A DNA stretch of 64,000 bases. Source: Eledone cirrhosa (lineage: Eukaryota). Below the pieces are notes generated by a model. That model was not told the DNA's origin, ran no database searches, and saw only the letters and a program-made list of their open reading frames with translations. The DNA lies in contig OZ024747.1 in NCBI GenBank assembly GCA_964016885.1, forward strand, positions 80,104,001-80,168,000. The letters run 5' to 3'. Each line of letters starts with the position of its first letter. The first letter of the stretch is position 1. Position numbers and translations under genes: made by a program. Below are positions 1 through 14,935 of this stretch, one piece after another.

Positions 1-2100
1 TCGTATTTTTCCTATCATGTCTGCTTTAAAAGGCCAAAGAAACAAATTTCTGTCGCTATCTCGAGTCCTGAGACCCATAATATTGTCTTGTAAAAAAAAT
101 CTTTCTTTATTTTTATTATTGTTTTCTGAGATTCTGGTTTTATTGTTATTGCTGTTCTTCCATTGTTGCGCTATTTTGTTTTATTTATTAGGTGTGGTGT
201 ATGTTCTCATTGTCGAACAAATCCATAAAAAACGAAAACAAAACATGGCCAAGTATTATTTCCGCGTGTTTATTTTACTGTTGCTATTGTTAACGTTATT
301 CAGATTGTTGCCGTCTTTTATTGCTATTGTGTTCGGCATTGTTGTTGTCGTTGTTGTCTGTAATAAAGCTGTTATAATAATTGATCACGTGAATTCGAAA
401 TTGATTTTGTAAACGCCATATTTTGGTTTGTTCATTTCTTTTTTTACATGTTTATTTCAACCACTAAACGTCTTTTTTCTACTTCTCAGTATTGTTCTTA
501 CATTAGATTCACTATTCAACAGCCAAAATCGTCGGGATATTCAATGATTGGCAGAAGAAGAATTCAAGGGAGTTATACATTTCTGTTTATTTATTTATTT
601 ATTTAAGCATTATATAATTTGATGTGTTTTTGTTTTAATTCTTCTTTCTATTTCTGATCTTATATTTTTCTTTGTGAGTCATTCTAACATTACATTAGCT
701 TTCAGCATTCGCATTTTAGTGCCTTTCTTGGTATTGAATCTTTTTAATTCCTTTATTTCTCTTTACCAAACAACCATTCCCTACAGAACAACTAACAAAA
801 GCAAGTATCCCCACGGTTATTATCTAAAAATTTATGAAGTCTTGTAAAATTTGTTTCCATCTCCTCTCAGATTTCAACAAGCCAGTTGCTAGAAATTGCT
901 CTACTCTGTTAATTATCTTCTCACAAGAAATTGATTAATGCCGATTGAACACAAGAAAATTGCCTCTTTCTTCCCTCTCTCTCCCCCTTTCTTTCAGCAT
1001 GTCTCCCTTACTCTTATAGCTGTGTGAATGTGCACACGCCTAGCTGTCTTTCTTCTAATTTTCAGTCCTTGAGTAAATCAGATTCAGTATCCATTACAAT
1101 TATTACCAGGCTGTTGATTCCATCTTAACGACTTTCATAATCATTATATTTAAATAATAAATTAATAAAATATCTCAAAAATATACAATAAAAACATGGT
1201 TTGCTAACATTAATACAAGACCATGGATTTGTTGGGTAGGAGTAAATTCGATTAAACCAACTCCAATACTTGACAAATACTTGTGGTAGCAATCCTTGGT
1301 GAAAGAAAATCAAAGCCAATTCTCGTGGGACTTGAACTCAGAACGTAAAGGAACGTAACTAAACATCGAACTACAATGAATCTGAACTTCTCTCTTTCAC
1401 TGCACTAATTATTATAATGACTTTTAACTTTGGTAGAAAGCCTCTGGTCAGTAGGAAAACGGTGTCGTTGATTGGATAGGCCTCAGTACTTACTTGTAGT
1501 TATCTTACCGACTTCGGTGTGAAGTTGAATATAATAAGGTGCAGCTCAGAAATAAGAAGGAACCTATACACTGTGAGTAACAGAGATTATTGTTGTAATG
1601 TTGAGAAAAACCAGAAAAAATATGAAGCACGCTAGTTTTGTTTCACGAATTGCTTTACTACTATTGTTCATGGTTGTTGAGCTACAAACCAACTTTAATG
1701 GTGCACACCTATGATTATGTACCTATAGGCAAGGTTGTGCGGTGAAAAGATTCGTTTAGTAACTCTGGCAAGTGTTTTATATCTCACCCTCAGATTAACT
1801 AAAGACCCTTGAGTGAAATTTAGTAGACATAAACAATGTAGAGGTCCGTCGGAAGAACCGTTCCAGGATTTTTGAGATAACCTTTAAATAGTTTCCTAGT
1901 TTAATTCCTAGCTTTTGTGTACCTTGTATGCAAAGCTTTCTTATGCAAGCATCTGGGCTAGATTTCTGGTCTGAAGATAAGGTCTTGCATTCCTCTCACC
2001 GAAAACGTGTATGGGCACTTTCTTCACCGAGTAAGCGGTAAGGAAGTGTTCCAGTTGTGACCCTTCTGATTTTATTTTCGGTGTGTAAAGGACTATATTA

Positions 2101-3483
<1,383 letters not shown>

Positions 3484-3489
<6 letters not shown>

Positions 3490-3675
3490 TGAGATTCTAC
3501 AGGACTAGAACTGTTTCATTCTTTAGAAATCATCAGGAATCTGATTCCTGATGATTTCTAAAGAATGAAACAGTTCTAGTCCTGTAGAATCTCATCTATA
3601 TTAAAACTTTTATACTCTGCAATGTATTGAGTACCTTACTTACTGTGGTTACCTCCGATTCAACCCGGAATAACG
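3484..3675 (+). mobile_element. Penelope-like pLTR-type foldback element in (TA)n
   Basis: Perfect 58-bp inverted arms 3484-3541/3543-3600 with a 1-nt loop, then a unique ~75-bp tail; TA repeats on both sides. Confidence 0.75.
3543..3591 (+). ncRNA. Type I hammerhead ribozyme
   Basis: gattc-CTGATGA-tttctaaagaat-GAAA-cag-ttctagtc-ctg-TA^gaatc. The core is intact, stems I, II and III pair, and the GUA cleavage site is after 3586. Confidence 0.8.
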
Positions 3676-4134
3676 TATATATATATATACGTGTGTATGT
3701 ATGTATACACATATATGTGTGTACCTCTCATTATGATATTGTCTCAAACTCCCACACGGTCGAGTTAACACGAAAGTATAGTAACTGCTTTTAAGCAAAC
3801 ACTATAACACTTTCAGTCCACCTTACCACCCGCCTCTAACCTCTCTATTATGTATTAATTTCTCCCTCCACCTTTTAAGATATTTTTCACTGCTATAAGG
3901 GATTCAGTCGCCTTTCTTGACCGGTGTATCACGTGGTAATTTTTCCCTCCGCCTTTGAAATTTTCTCACTTGCTGCTAACGTGTCTGGAAGACGGTCTCT
4001 CCCTGAGGAGTTCCTTGATAAGCTGGTGTGCCTCACAACGATATTACACATCTATAATGTGAAATTGTTGCAAACTGACCTGTGACACTCTATATTCGGG
4101 ACTTTGAAGGAAAAAATAGGTATATATCTGTTTC

Positions 4135-4236
4135 TCGAGGTTAACTTTGTCTTTCATCCTTATGGGGTCGATAAAATAAAGTACCAGTAATACACTGGGT
4201 AATTGCTGGCCTTGTGCCAAAAGTAGATACAATTAT
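4135..4236 (+). mobile_element. 5'-truncated tRNA-derived SINE (family A)
   Basis: Matches the 3' half of the copies at 12803 and 23700. Confidence 0.8.
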
Positions 4237-4341
4237 ATATATATATATATGTGTGAATGAAGTAATTCCGTCGGAAAAGTCCAGGAAAAAAGACTTTTTT
4301 TGTTTTTTAAGATCCAAATTCAATAAACAAACCAGGATTTT

Positions 4342-4399
4342 TTCATTCTGAGGATTGAAAGCAAAACCTTTTGCTTTTAAGAAACCACTGGTAAATGGA
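4342..4399 (+). ncRNA. Type I (minimal stem III) hammerhead ribozyme
   Basis: ttcatt-CTGAGGA-ttgaaagcaaaa cc ttttgcttttaa-GAAA-ccactgg-TA^aatgga. Long stem II; the host element 4255-4430 is flanked by TA/TAA repeats. Confidence 0.8.
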
Positions 4400-4438
4400 T
4401 TAATTGCCTTATGTTGTTTATTACATAATAATAATAAT

Positions 4439-4481
<43 letters not shown>

Positions 4482-4874
4482 CATGCTTATATAGCTGTAG
4501 CATACTATAATGGTAGATGGCCCCTCCAGCCCTAAAAGATCACAGTCCTTAAATATTAATTTAAAAAAGTATTAATCTGAATAGCTTCGTAGACAAAATA
4601 ATATTTCACGTTCCGCTCCCTTCAATTTGTTTCTGTTACTCTTGTTCTCCACCTCCTCCATGTCCACATTACCCCCTCTCCTTCCCCTGTATATCCCCCT
4701 CCCCGTCTCTCACCGTCCTTCTCCCAGTGTTGTAATGAATGTCGACGTTTCTTCTCTACCGTTGTATTCAGTAGAGCTGGGAGATAATTTAAACTTACCA
4801 CTATCCAAGTATCGATTACTTCCTTCAAATTGATTCCAAATATAACCTCAACTTTGATTTAGTTATACAAAATT

Positions 4875-5030
4875 CAGGAGCGGTGGAAGCATTTCTGAAT
4901 AGAGGGGGCGAAGAGCAAATTTTGACAATTTAGTTCTTGTGATTAGTTTAGCTCTTTGCACTCAAAGGGGTAAGAAAACTTCGATATGCGACAAACATAA
5001 CATGCCCCCTACCCAGTTCCACCGCCACTG
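4875..5030. mobile_element. Small MITE with imperfect CAGTGGCGG-type TIRs
   Basis: CAGGAGCGGTGGAA at 4875 versus TTCCACCGCCACTG ending at 5030. Confidence 0.45.
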
Positions 5031-5309
5031 TATATACATAGTTAAAAAACACATTATGCTCTGTGTCCTTTCTTAAGGGGTCATATATCGAGCTTCTTCG
5101 CATTTGGTAAGAAGCTGGTATTATACCCAATTTATTCATTTCTCTTATATATATATATATATATACATTCATTTATTATGGTATGGCTATTGGTGAGCTT
5201 TGCTACTTTAAAGTTTCACCTGGATCACACAGGATCACCAATCTCCAGAGTAACAAGGCTTAGCCATAATAAATGAATATTTAAACTCTACTTCGGTATT
5301 GACAATACA

Positions 5310-5530
5310 AGATACTCTCCCAATCCCCCTCTCTATATCAAGTAACACCAAACTCTCCCGCTCTCTATATCTACTACACGGAACTATCTTCTAATTCCTC
5401 TCTCTATATCAATAAACATCAATCTCTCCCCCTCTATATATCTAATATACAACACATTCTCCCAACCTTCCTCTCTATATCAATTACCACCAAACTCGCC
5501 CCCTCTCTATATCTATACCTATCTCTCCCA
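5310..5530. repeat. Degenerate tandem repeat with CTCTCTATATC cores
   Basis: Recurring ctctctatatc(a/t)a...ctctccc units. Confidence 0.55.
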
Positions 5531-5667
5531 TTTGTCTCTACAGAGCATGTACATAAATTGTAGCGCATATACAAATAGATGTGAGTTTTGGTAGTTTGGG
5601 GAGAAAATATAATGATGAGGGGATGGAGTCGTAAAATAACGGGCTATGCATTAGTCTATATTATATA

Positions 5668-5853
5668 TTGGAAGTATCAATAGAGAGTCGGACACCATGC
5701 TTTGCAGCACAGAGTTACGGCCCTTTACGCTCTGAGTTCAAATCCCGCCGAGGTTAACTTTGCCTTTCATCCTTACGGGGTCGATAAAATAAAGTACCAG
5801 TAATGCACTGGTAAATTTGTTGGCCTTGTGCCAAAAGTAGAAACAATTATATT
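5668..5853 (+). mobile_element. tRNA-derived SINE (family A)
   Basis: B-box-like GAGTTCAAATCCC and the conserved 3' end GGCCTTGTGCCAAAAGTAGAAACAATTAT. Confidence 0.85.
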
Positions 5854-6005
5854 AAGACTCACCCTCTGTCTAGCTGTCACACAAAAACTGACAATGTAAC
5901 AAAACCTTTTTTTTTCTTTTCTTGCTTCTGTTCACATTACAGTTAGGTATTTTACTTAGTAACAGTCTTATCTCTCAATATATTTCGCCCCACTTTTTCT
6001 CTTAG

Positions 6006-6179
<174 letters not shown>

Positions 6180-6239
6180 TCTGCTCTCTCTTTCTCTCTC
6201 TCTCTCTATATATATATACATAACCTTATTATGTAAAAA

Positions 6240-6313
6240 GCTGTCTGACGATGTCGCGACACTGGCGCACGGAACAGTGTGACCACTGTCGCCATTGAAA
6301 TATATATCACACC
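6240..6313 (+). ncRNA. Hammerhead ribozyme (5' repeat copy)
   Basis: gctgt-CTGACGA-(long stem II region)-GAAA-tatata-TC^acacc; one stem I mismatch. Confidence 0.6.
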
Positions 6314-7551
6314 ATTATTATTAAAGGACTTGAACATCTGAAACTACTTCGCTTTTCCTTATTCGATATTTACTCCGTCACTCCTATGTGGAATAAGTAC
6401 GTTGAGTGCTTCAATTGAATTGCATCAATGTTTACCCTAAGTATTTAGCTCCAATTAGTTGAGCGCTCTATGATGTAACCGATATGATGGAGAACAGAGG
6501 AACCAGCCAAAGGCTACACCCGGAAATCCCCCCTACCATGGGGATTGAAACCCCTGATACTGGACGGACATAATAATACCTTTTGGCAGGATAAATACGC
6601 GGAAACAAAAACAAAGATAAACCCCTATTTTCCTGCACCAAATCGCATTTGAACAGAAGCCCCCTCAATTCAATCTATACATGGACAAATTGACAATCAT
6701 ATTGATCATCTATCTCATTTTGCATATATGTACTCTGTGTTTTTGCATTTATTCATTAATTGTTTTTTTCTTTTGTGTACGTTATATCATTTTTTTTTTG
6801 TTCTGTTCCATGTGATGGAAATTCTAACTATGTTCTCGACTGAATACTGCCTTTCATACCGTAATTTACCCTCCGTTCTACTCTACGGTACTATCGTTCA
6901 GTATATAGATAATATAACCGTAACATTAATACCCATTTCAAAACTTCTAACTTAAACATCTCTCTGCATATTATTTACTCACTTCAATCTATATTTTTTT
7001 TACTCGCCTCAATCCAGATTCCCACTTGAAAAAGTATTAACTTTTAATTGTTAATTTTTAATTTCTAATTTTGGATATTTAATATTTGATTTCTGATTTT
7101 GGATTTAAAAATTTTAATTCCCAACTCTCATTCATAACTTCCACCGTGAATCCATGATACATAGAATTAAGTATATTTTCTCTTAGAGGTTGATGGTCAA
7201 TTATACTGTCCATGTTTAATGAGAGGTAGAATTCAGACCTGTGGATACTCACACTCTCCCATCCCCACTGGCTTTCAACTGACAGCCACTAACGGGATAG
7301 GTAGCAGTAAGCTATATTACAGGCCCTGAATGGGTCATTGTTTGGCTGAGAGGGGGAACTGACTAAGCGAATTTAGTTGAAATCTTCGGTAGCTAATGGT
7401 CAACTTCCTACGGATCTGCGCCTGCGCAGACCGGTGGGGGTGAATTGGTACTCACAGGGGAATGACGAAGAACCCAAGAGCACACACTTCGTCCGTTCCC
7501 ATGTCGATTCAATTTGGATTGCCTCGGAAACATAACCTTATTATGTAAAAA

Positions 7552-7625
7552 GCTGTCTGACGATGTCGCGACACTGGCGCACGGAACAGTGTGGTCACTG
7601 TCCCCATTGAAATATATATCACAGC
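7552..7625 (+). ncRNA. Hammerhead ribozyme (3' repeat copy)
   Basis: gctgt-CTGACGA-...-GAAA-tatata-TC^acagc. Perfect stem I and palindromic stem III; cleavage after 7620. Confidence 0.7.
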
Positions 7626-7780
7626 ATTATTATTAAAAGACTTGAACATCTGAAACTACTTCGCTTTTCCTTATTCGATATTTACTCCGTCACTCCTATG
7701 TGGAATAAGTACGTTGAGTGCTTGAATTGAATTGCATCAATATTTACCCTAAGTATATATATATATAGATAGGCAGATAG

Positions 7781-7856
<76 letters not shown>

Positions 7857-8067
7857 GAAAAATAGACGTAAACGGTGATGATGATGATGATGATATATAT
7901 TTATACACACACACACACGTACATTCGTTATCACTTTGTCATTTGATTCATTTTTCACAAGTTACATTAATTTACTTCTGCTCTCCTATCTTTATGATGT
8001 AAGGGAGACAAATTATTCAAAGGACAATATAACATCTATGTTTCAATAATCTATTTCATGATTGCAA

Positions 8068-8160
8068 TAAAATAAAATAAAATAAAATAAAATAAAATAA
8101 AATAAAATAAAATAAAATAAAATAAAGATATAATAAAATAAAATAAAGATATAAAATATA
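8068..8160. repeat. (AAAAT)n microsatellite
   Basis: Direct reading of the sequence. Confidence 0.9.
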
Positions 8161-8917
8161 AATGATCACACAAAGTTTCTGATAATTATTGCTTTTAGTT
8201 AAGGTTTTCCCGACCACCACGGCGCGCTTATGAAATGGCTTTAAATATTTTGCAGTCTTTGTTTCTGGTTGTATTTACTGTATTATATTATTCTTTTTAA
8301 ATTCAATTGCACAGCAGTGATTTTTGATGCTTCATATAACAATATTTCAGTTATTATATATTAATTGTAATAACGAATTATTTTAGCATTTTATATACTC
8401 TGCCTGATAAAGTTGATCAAAACGTAGATCGAAGAGGGATTTCATTTTACTTTTGTTTTAAAAACTAATGATCAGAGGCCTAACCCTCAAATTACTTTCT
8501 CTGATTGGAAATGATCACTCTGAATAATTTTTGAACAAAATTAATTAACAAGATTTTAAAAAAATAATAATAATAAATAATTAAAACAGCTATGTAATTA
8601 AAGAGATAAAATTATGTATTTAATAGATTCTGGAATTGTCATAGATGGAAGGACACAAGTGAATATTCTACAATTAAGTCTTTAAAGTTTTGCACTTGTT
8701 CTAAAATAATGGTGATTTTACAGAGTTGCTAGAGCGTCAGATAGAATTCCTTGCAATAATGGTCCGTTGCTCTACCGATTCTGCCATCCACCGACCTCGA
8801 ATAGGTAATAATTCCTCCTAATTTAGGTAGAAAGGAAGGCTTGTGGTTATGGCTTTAGCTCACGCTTCGAATCCACTTTAGTACTCTTCTTCTTCTTCTT
8901 CTTCTTCTTCTTCTTCT

Positions 8918-8956
<39 letters not shown>

Positions 8957-9155
8957 CAAAGAAATCGATTGTATTCAGACATGGAGAAGGGATGGGCTCC
9001 ATCGGGTTTTAAATACTCAACACCGCCCCTACAACTCTATCAAGTGTTGAAACAGAATCTGGAGGGAGGGAGGAAGGATTTGATCCAATAACAGTTTCTT
9101 TGGAATGCGGTATACACCAGGAGCTCTAAGTTTTCATTTATCTGTTTTTTTCGCG

Positions 9156-9230
<75 letters not shown>

Positions 9231-9236
<6 letters not shown>

Positions 9237-9536
9237 TAAACGGAAAAGAAAATGCTGACAAATTGTTCAGAGTGAAAAATAGTTTAATTAGGAATAAGTG
9301 AAAATTAGTAATAGTATTGGTTAGTATTCAGTTTTGGTTTTAAGTTTTACCGGTTGCGCATTGCATTAGAAATGCGCAACCGCTAAAACTTAAAACCAAA
9401 ACTGAATACGAACCAATACTATTACTAATTTTCACTTATTCCTAATTAAACTATTTTTCACTGTGAGCAGTTTGTCAGCATTTTCTTTTCCGTTTACCAA
9501 TATATCATAACTCGTGTGTTACACCTCTATTCTTTA
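9231..9536 (+). mobile_element. Foldback element (~132-bp arms) with a unique tail, in (TA)n
   Basis: Arms 9231-9362/9371-9502 with few mismatches and an 8-nt loop; same architecture as the hammerhead foldbacks. Confidence 0.7.
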
Positions 9537-9540
9537 AAAA

Positions 9541-9610
<70 letters not shown>

Positions 9611-9773
9611 GCTTAGGTGGTTGACGCTTAATTGACCACTATTTCAGTTTTGTATGGCCTCTTAACATATAGTTTAGCTCTAGATTTTTAACTATCGAGC
9701 GCTTGCCAGTATCATATCTGATTTTTGCGTTTCGTTTCGCCTTTTCTCCCCGCCGAAATGCGATTCTCGCTGA

Positions 9774-9817
<44 letters not shown>

Positions 9818-9886
9818 CAAATTTGGACGGGAACAAAACAGAGAGGCAGACAAATAAAGGTTTATATGGTTCACGCTCTTGGATAT

Positions 9887-9953
<67 letters not shown>

Positions 9954-11412
9954 TATATATCGATCTTACATCATTAATGTATGAATGTCACAGAACACAT
10001 TTTTCCCCTTTCCGAAGTCAGTAAGGCTACTCACCCATTGGTGGATATAACTGAATACCAAATTCAGTCCATTGGCTCTATCATATTTACATGAAATAAA
10101 GTATTGATTAATTGAATGAATAATTGTTCGTATATCCGTGAAATAAATTAATAATGAACTTATTCTTTTACTATCATGAAACTCATCTTCACATCTCATA
10201 CAAATCACCCCCATCTAAATTAAAATAATTATAACTTTAGACTCATCAAGGTTCAATCAATAGAAACGTCGAAGAAATGATGCGATGTGTGTGGTTTCTC
10301 TAGCTAATCTGAAGAGGGGTTTTAATGGGTTTGATCCACTCTTTTGTCGAAAGAATAAAAGAGAAAATAAGAAGTTAGTTAAGAAAGAAAGTACAATAAT
10401 AACAATAACAACAACAAAAGAAAGCAAAACAAAATAGAATGAAAAGAAACCATACAGAATTATCAGTTAAAAACTTATTATTATTTTTTTTACAAATTAG
10501 CGAACGTCCTTTTTGATAGGAGTATAATTACATTGCAAACCAAGGAAACATTTTCGAGTAGAATTGTTTGAAATTTTGTTGGTCAGAAGAGAAAAAATAA
10601 GCAAGATTAATAAAAAATATCATCATCATCGTCATCACCCTCCTTACTCCCACAACCACCACCACCAACAACAACAACACCAGCACCAGCATCAGCACCA
10701 GCAGCATTACACTCATCAATGTCATCATTCTCCTTTTAATTCTAGCGAGGACAAAGGGATATTAATAGCTCGTGCGTTGTGATTAGGTGAGTACTAGGTG
10801 TGTGGTTGGGGTGGGGATGTTGTGGTGAAAGACCCCCCCCAAAAAAAACAAAAAAAAAACAAAAAAAAAACAAATAAAAACAAAAAAAAAACAAAAAAAA
10901 AAACGAAGTTGAGTGGAAAGAATATAGAAAACAAGAAGAATATTTTAACAAACGGGGGAAAAATCTATAGCGGATGATATGTCAACACAAGACGCTAATG
11001 TGGTTTTAAGAAGGTTTTCCTCTCTTCTAGTTTTAATTTTTTTGTTACTTTACATGTAGAGATGCAGATTGCAGCTGTCACGAAAATTAAAACTTTTTAT
11101 GAGAATACCGCTATTAATTTATGAACGCTAAATGTTCTAATTGTGGAGCTCAGTGGCTAATAAATACCTCACCCCACCAGCACCACCAACAACAACAACA
11201 ACAGCAACATCAACAACAAAAGAACAACGATTACTACTACTAATATGAAAATAATAATTTTATCATTTATTTGCCACAAGGGACCACAAATTCATATAAG
11301 ATGTGATAAAAAGGGAATACAGAAAGTGTGGGTGTATATATATATATATATATATATGCTGTGCTGAATAAGACCCGTCCCACCCTTGCAAGCAGGGAAA
11401 AGCGGACGTAAA

Positions 11413-11494
<82 letters not shown>

Positions 11495-11598
11495 TGTTGT
11501 GTGTGTGTGCGTGCGTGCGCGTGTGTGTGCGTGTGTGTGTACGCGCGCGTGTATGTATATATATACATATATATATGAATGTAGATATATATGAATGT

Positions 11599-11868
<270 letters not shown>

Positions 11869-11991
11869 AGGGTAGTAAGGTTCTATACAAAACAGTGGAT
11901 ATAGAGAAAAGGTGAGATTGGAAATAGCACGGAATATTTAAGGGTCTGTTTTTCTTTTTTTTTCCTTTCTTTGATTCGTCAAAATGACATT

Positions 11992-12037
<46 letters not shown>

Positions 12038-12802
12038 TGTATATACCTATATATATATATTTGATGACGATTATGATGATGATGATGATATGGTGAGTGT
12101 TTCAAAAACATAATACAATAAATGTTGATATAAAAAATATGTATATACATACAAAAATTAAAGCCCAAACAGATAAGGTTGATCCATTCACACACGGAGT
12201 AGAAGCTACCCTACCAACTAAGTAAGTACAAGACACCCCTCAAACCTGACTGCATTTCGCTCTAAGTACTGCATAATTGATATTGCCGAAATTTCTCGTG
12301 AGCATTTCCGGTGTCTTCTTGTATATTTGACTGTAATGGAAAGTTTGAGACAACAACACAGCATCTATTTCCTCCCAATCATCTTACAGTGATGGGGTCG
12401 TACTAATTGGTGTACTGAATGCTCTGTCCACTCGACACATACTGGTACAGGGAATGAGGCAGTTTCTTCTGCTGTCTTCGGATTAATAATTGGCAGTGTC
12501 TCACAAACAGCTTCTGGTGTCTGGCGCTATTTCTTTCTCCAATTTTCTCTTTTCTTTTCTGTTTTTGTCTTATTGTCATCGAATCCCCCCCAGAAAGTTC
12601 TTGAAGCTGCTCTTACTGTCACACCTGTAACCGCTGAGCTTTCTGCGAGAATCACAAGATTATTTACTTTTCTCTTTGCACCCACAATGAGATTCAACCC
12701 CTGGGATAAACTTATGGTCTTTTGGGAAAGGGGCGGTGCCACCAAATTCTCCAGATCCCACTCAGCAACATATTGTAACGCATTATTCCCACGTATTCTG
12801 AA

Positions 12803-13002
12803 GGGCGGTGGATTGGCAGTATCGGTAGAGGGTCGCTAGAGGGCTTTGCATCATAGAGTTACGCTCCTTTACGCTCCTTTACGGGCTGAGTTCAAATCCC
12901 GCCGAGGTTAACTTTACCTTTCATCCTTACGGGGTCGATAAAATAAAGTACCAGTAATGTACTGTAATAGTTGCTGGCCTTGTGCCAAAAATAGAAACAA
13001 TT
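12803..13002 (+). mobile_element. Full-length tRNA-derived SINE (family A) with 14-bp TSD
   Basis: Head GGGCGGTGGATTGGCAGTATCGG and B-box-like motif; ATTATTCCCACGTA at 12782-12795 and 13000-13013. Confidence 0.9.
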
Positions 13003-13199
13003 ATTCCCACGTACACTAACTGACCGTACTGTGCTACATTGGTGACGACTCTCCAAGGTGACGGCTGTCCAAGGTGACGGCCATTCATACCAATTTACCT
13101 ATTCATTATGTTAATCATTTTTTACTTTCTCTGTCCGGTACTTTTCCCTCTTGCTGTGTCCGAATTTTTACCACTGAGAGAGAAATGAGGTTGTTGCCT

Positions 13200-13340
13200 C
13201 ACTATGTCCAGCAGACACGTATATTTCTGGTCGCGGTCGTGCCCTTAGCAGTGGAGACTTCTGGTGTCCTTGGCCCTAGGGCTACCTCCCTATTCACCTC
13301 TATAGGCGCTGAGATAGCCAGCTGCAGGTGTGAGCCTAAA
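13200..13340 (+). pseudogene. CRE-like non-LTR retrotransposon C-terminal fragment
   Basis: VPLAVETSGVLGPRATSLFTSIGAEIASCRCEP resembles the post-RLE segment (P.AVET.G..G..A) of CRE-clade elements. Confidence 0.6.
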
Positions 13341-14083
13341 AAAAAGACGTACATAAATTCATAGCAAATTTACAATGTTAGATACATGAAGTTTAAATAA
13401 AATAGTAAACACACACACACACACACACGCGCATCAATGCAGGCCATCGCAAACAGTCAGATACATGCCACAAAATACACTCACACTCGCAAGTGAATGT
13501 TTAAATGTATGTTTGTAAGTGTAAAAAAATGTGAATCTCTGTGATAAACCGCGAGAAATACATGAATGAAATGAATAAGAGTGAATGAGAAAGAGAGAAT
13601 ACAATATTAAACAGATAAAAAGAGAACGTTGTCGATATATATATATATATAAACACACCATTCCGTGTGCATATAACGATATATATATATATTAATATAT
13701 ACATTAATATATGCACACAGACACACACAACCACACACATATATGCATGTAATATTTGTTTGTATATATATATATATGTGTATGTAAATTTTCACCGGTG
13801 TTCCTGTTTATATTCAGTATGTGTGCGTATATTGAGATCTAAGTGAATAGTGAGGAAAAGTGATTTAATCAGATTTAATGCAGTAAATCATATCTCTAAA
13901 ACAATCAGCTCAGATGTCTATTATAAAGTTTTGTGGCCAACATTTAGCTGTCTGTTTTACTGACTTCAGAGACCAAAATTTACTTACAGGAATTTGCTTT
14001 TAAAACACATATACAAACATACGCACACAAACACACACTCAACCTAATTATATTGCATATATTTACAATCAATCTATCGCCAA

Positions 14084-14148
<65 letters not shown>

Positions 14149-14267
14149 ATATATGTATGTGTGTGTATATATATACATACATACATACACACATACATAC
14201 ACCCACCCACCCATATACACATATAAATATATGTTTATATATATTATATATTATATATATGTTATGC

Positions 14268-14335
<68 letters not shown>

Positions 14336-14412
14336 AGTGTATGTGTGTGTGTGTGTATGTATGTATCTGCATATATCTATATATATATCTATATCTATAT
14401 ACATATATATAC

Positions 14413-14461
<49 letters not shown>

Positions 14462-14478
14462 CACACATATATATACAT

Positions 14479-14528
<50 letters not shown>

Positions 14529-14535
14529 TATACAT

Positions 14536-14572
<37 letters not shown>

Positions 14573-14935
14573 GGGTGTATTTGTTCAAAGGAACAAGGTT
14601 ATTGACAAAACTAAATAAAGTACTGAGTACTTGAAGAAGTTCAGTTAAATTTAAAATATATTCATTTATTTTCCCATTAGTTTTACAGTTTTATGAATCT
14701 GTTCCATTCAATTTGATCGCCTCCAAACGTGTTCTACGGAGATCAAAATATTCGAGACAGATTTATAAACCTGTAAACTAATGGATTATAATTATAGGCG
14801 GCAAATTGGCAGAGTTGTTACAACGTGTAGATATAATGCTTTGCAGTATTTGCTCCAGCTCTCTGCGTTTTGAGTTCGAAAACTGTCGAGGTCAACTTAG
14901 GCTTTTTAAGTAGGAGCAATAACATTAAGAAAGAC

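Larger units (their letters stand above)
6218..7756 (+). mobile_element. Retrozyme/Penelope-like non-autonomous element with 227-bp direct terminal repeats
   Basis: Near-identical direct repeats 6218-6444 and 7530-7756 (offset 1312), each with a hammerhead core; TA-containing microsatellite on both sides; no long ORF inside. Confidence 0.75.

Noticed and set aside
17-412. 131-aa hydrophobic ORF
   Set aside because: T-rich low-complexity (TTG/TTA) sequence with no recognisable homology.
1966-2020. CTGAAGA...GAAA hammerhead-like spacing
   Set aside because: No convincing stem I or III and no UH cleavage site.
5188-5262. Minus-strand hammerhead-like fold (CTGGAGA...GAAACTTTAAAG)
   Set aside because: The core has substitutions and two incompatible registers; at best a decayed relic.
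6448-6464. GCTC caattag TT GAGC as another bulged-hairpin instance
   Set aside because: The upper stem is only 1 bp, so it was not counted as support.
10564-10782. His/Gln-rich ORF resembling a transcription-factor tract
   Set aside because: It is a trinucleotide (CAT/CAC/CAA) microsatellite with no domain or splice support.
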